Shown one piece after another: positions 63,798 to 64,000 of a stretch of 64,000 nucleotides of DNA. Where the stretch lies: positions 1 to 64,000 of the forward strand of contig MU058582.1 of assembly GCA_013265495.1 (NCBI GenBank), in the 5' to 3' direction. Below the pieces are notes generated by a model. The model was not told the origin of the DNA. It saw nothing but the letters and a program-made list of their open reading frames with translations, and made no database searches. The position numbers were made by a program, and so were the translations under genes. The DNA comes from Vicugna vicugna (lineage: Eukaryota). The stretch's first letter is position 1, and every line of letters begins with the position of its first letter.

Positions 63798-63835
63798 GAA
63801 TGACTTCAGCAGCAGGACCCACCTCACGGTCCTAG
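63798..63835 (+). other. IGLJ1: First Ig lambda joining segment (IGLJ1-like), non-canonical (ORF or pseudo)
   Basis: 38 nt, NDFSSRTHLTVL, donor CTAG|GTAAGT; downstream intron resembles recalled human J1 intron; FGxG replaced by FSSR. Confidence 0.9.
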
Positions 63836-64000
63836 GTAAGTGGCTCTCACACTTTTCCCAGCCTGTCCCACCCTCTGCTGTCTCAGGAAAGTCACTTTTC
63901 TCTCTCTGGGGCTGCTCCCCCTCTGCCTTTCCAGCCTTAAGGGCCGACCCCAATCTTTCTCCATGGGATTGGGGGAGGCGGGTTGGGCTTGGGGTGACCA

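Larger units (their letters stand above)
58716..63835 (+). pseudogene. IGLL5: Lambda5-like gene (IGLL5/IGLL1 type), exon 1 58716-58901 and exon 2 63717-63835; spliced frame broken; constant exon beyond window
   Basis: Exon 1 MRPTTGQLGREDPRGQSPGPRQHRPLLL resembles the human IGLL5 N-terminus, donor CAG|GTAAGG. Exon 2 (CAGCAG acceptor) encodes SPLQPGPRGAVPRCWPSGFWPEPQSVWNDFSSRTHLTVL, like IGLL5 exon 2. Position lies between the last V and the first J. Confidence 0.85.

Noticed and set aside
1..64000. Hundreds of short ORFs in the six-frame track
   Set aside because: Expected by chance in GC-rich mammalian DNA. Many start at GTG/TTG, and only those overlapping V exons, lambda5-like exon 1 or ERV-L have recognisable homology.
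63836..64000. IGLC exon or a rearranged VJ
   Set aside because: Only J-C intron is present; every V retains its germline RSS.

Overview
Mammalian genomic DNA, most likely a camelid (alpaca, llama or camel). The evidence is a Vic-1-like SINE and llama-type V-lambda frameworks. The window covers the J-proximal end of the immunoglobulin lambda (IGL) locus in germline configuration. It holds 11 IGLV segments, all on the + strand, each with an octamer-type promoter, leader exon, intron, V exon and 23-bp-spacer RSS: eight IGLV3-like and three IGLV2-like. Four look functional (V1 1685, V5 18568, V6 23004, V11 53765) and seven carry inactivating lesions. After V11 comes the V-J intergenic region. It contains a lambda5-like (IGLL5/IGLL1-type) exon 1 at 58716-58901 and exon 2 at 63717-63835, which includes an IGLJ1-like segment with a 12-RSS; the constant exon lies beyond the window. 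The lambda5-like gene is out of frame, and the J lacks the FGxG motif. The array is built from segmental duplications whose breakpoints fall inside V genes. One copied V11's 3' half plus about 9.5 kb of intergenic DNA, including a second dead lambda5-like exon 1, into the V cluster and stopped just short of J. Repeats include ERV-L/MLT2, old L1, MIR, one solo LTR and several local tandem duplications. Most ORFs in the supplied track are spurious. V1-V11 is my own left-to-right numbering. Similarities to human genes and repeat families come from recalled sequences, not database searches. I found no wholly new biological system; the notable items are locus-evolution and regulatory observations.
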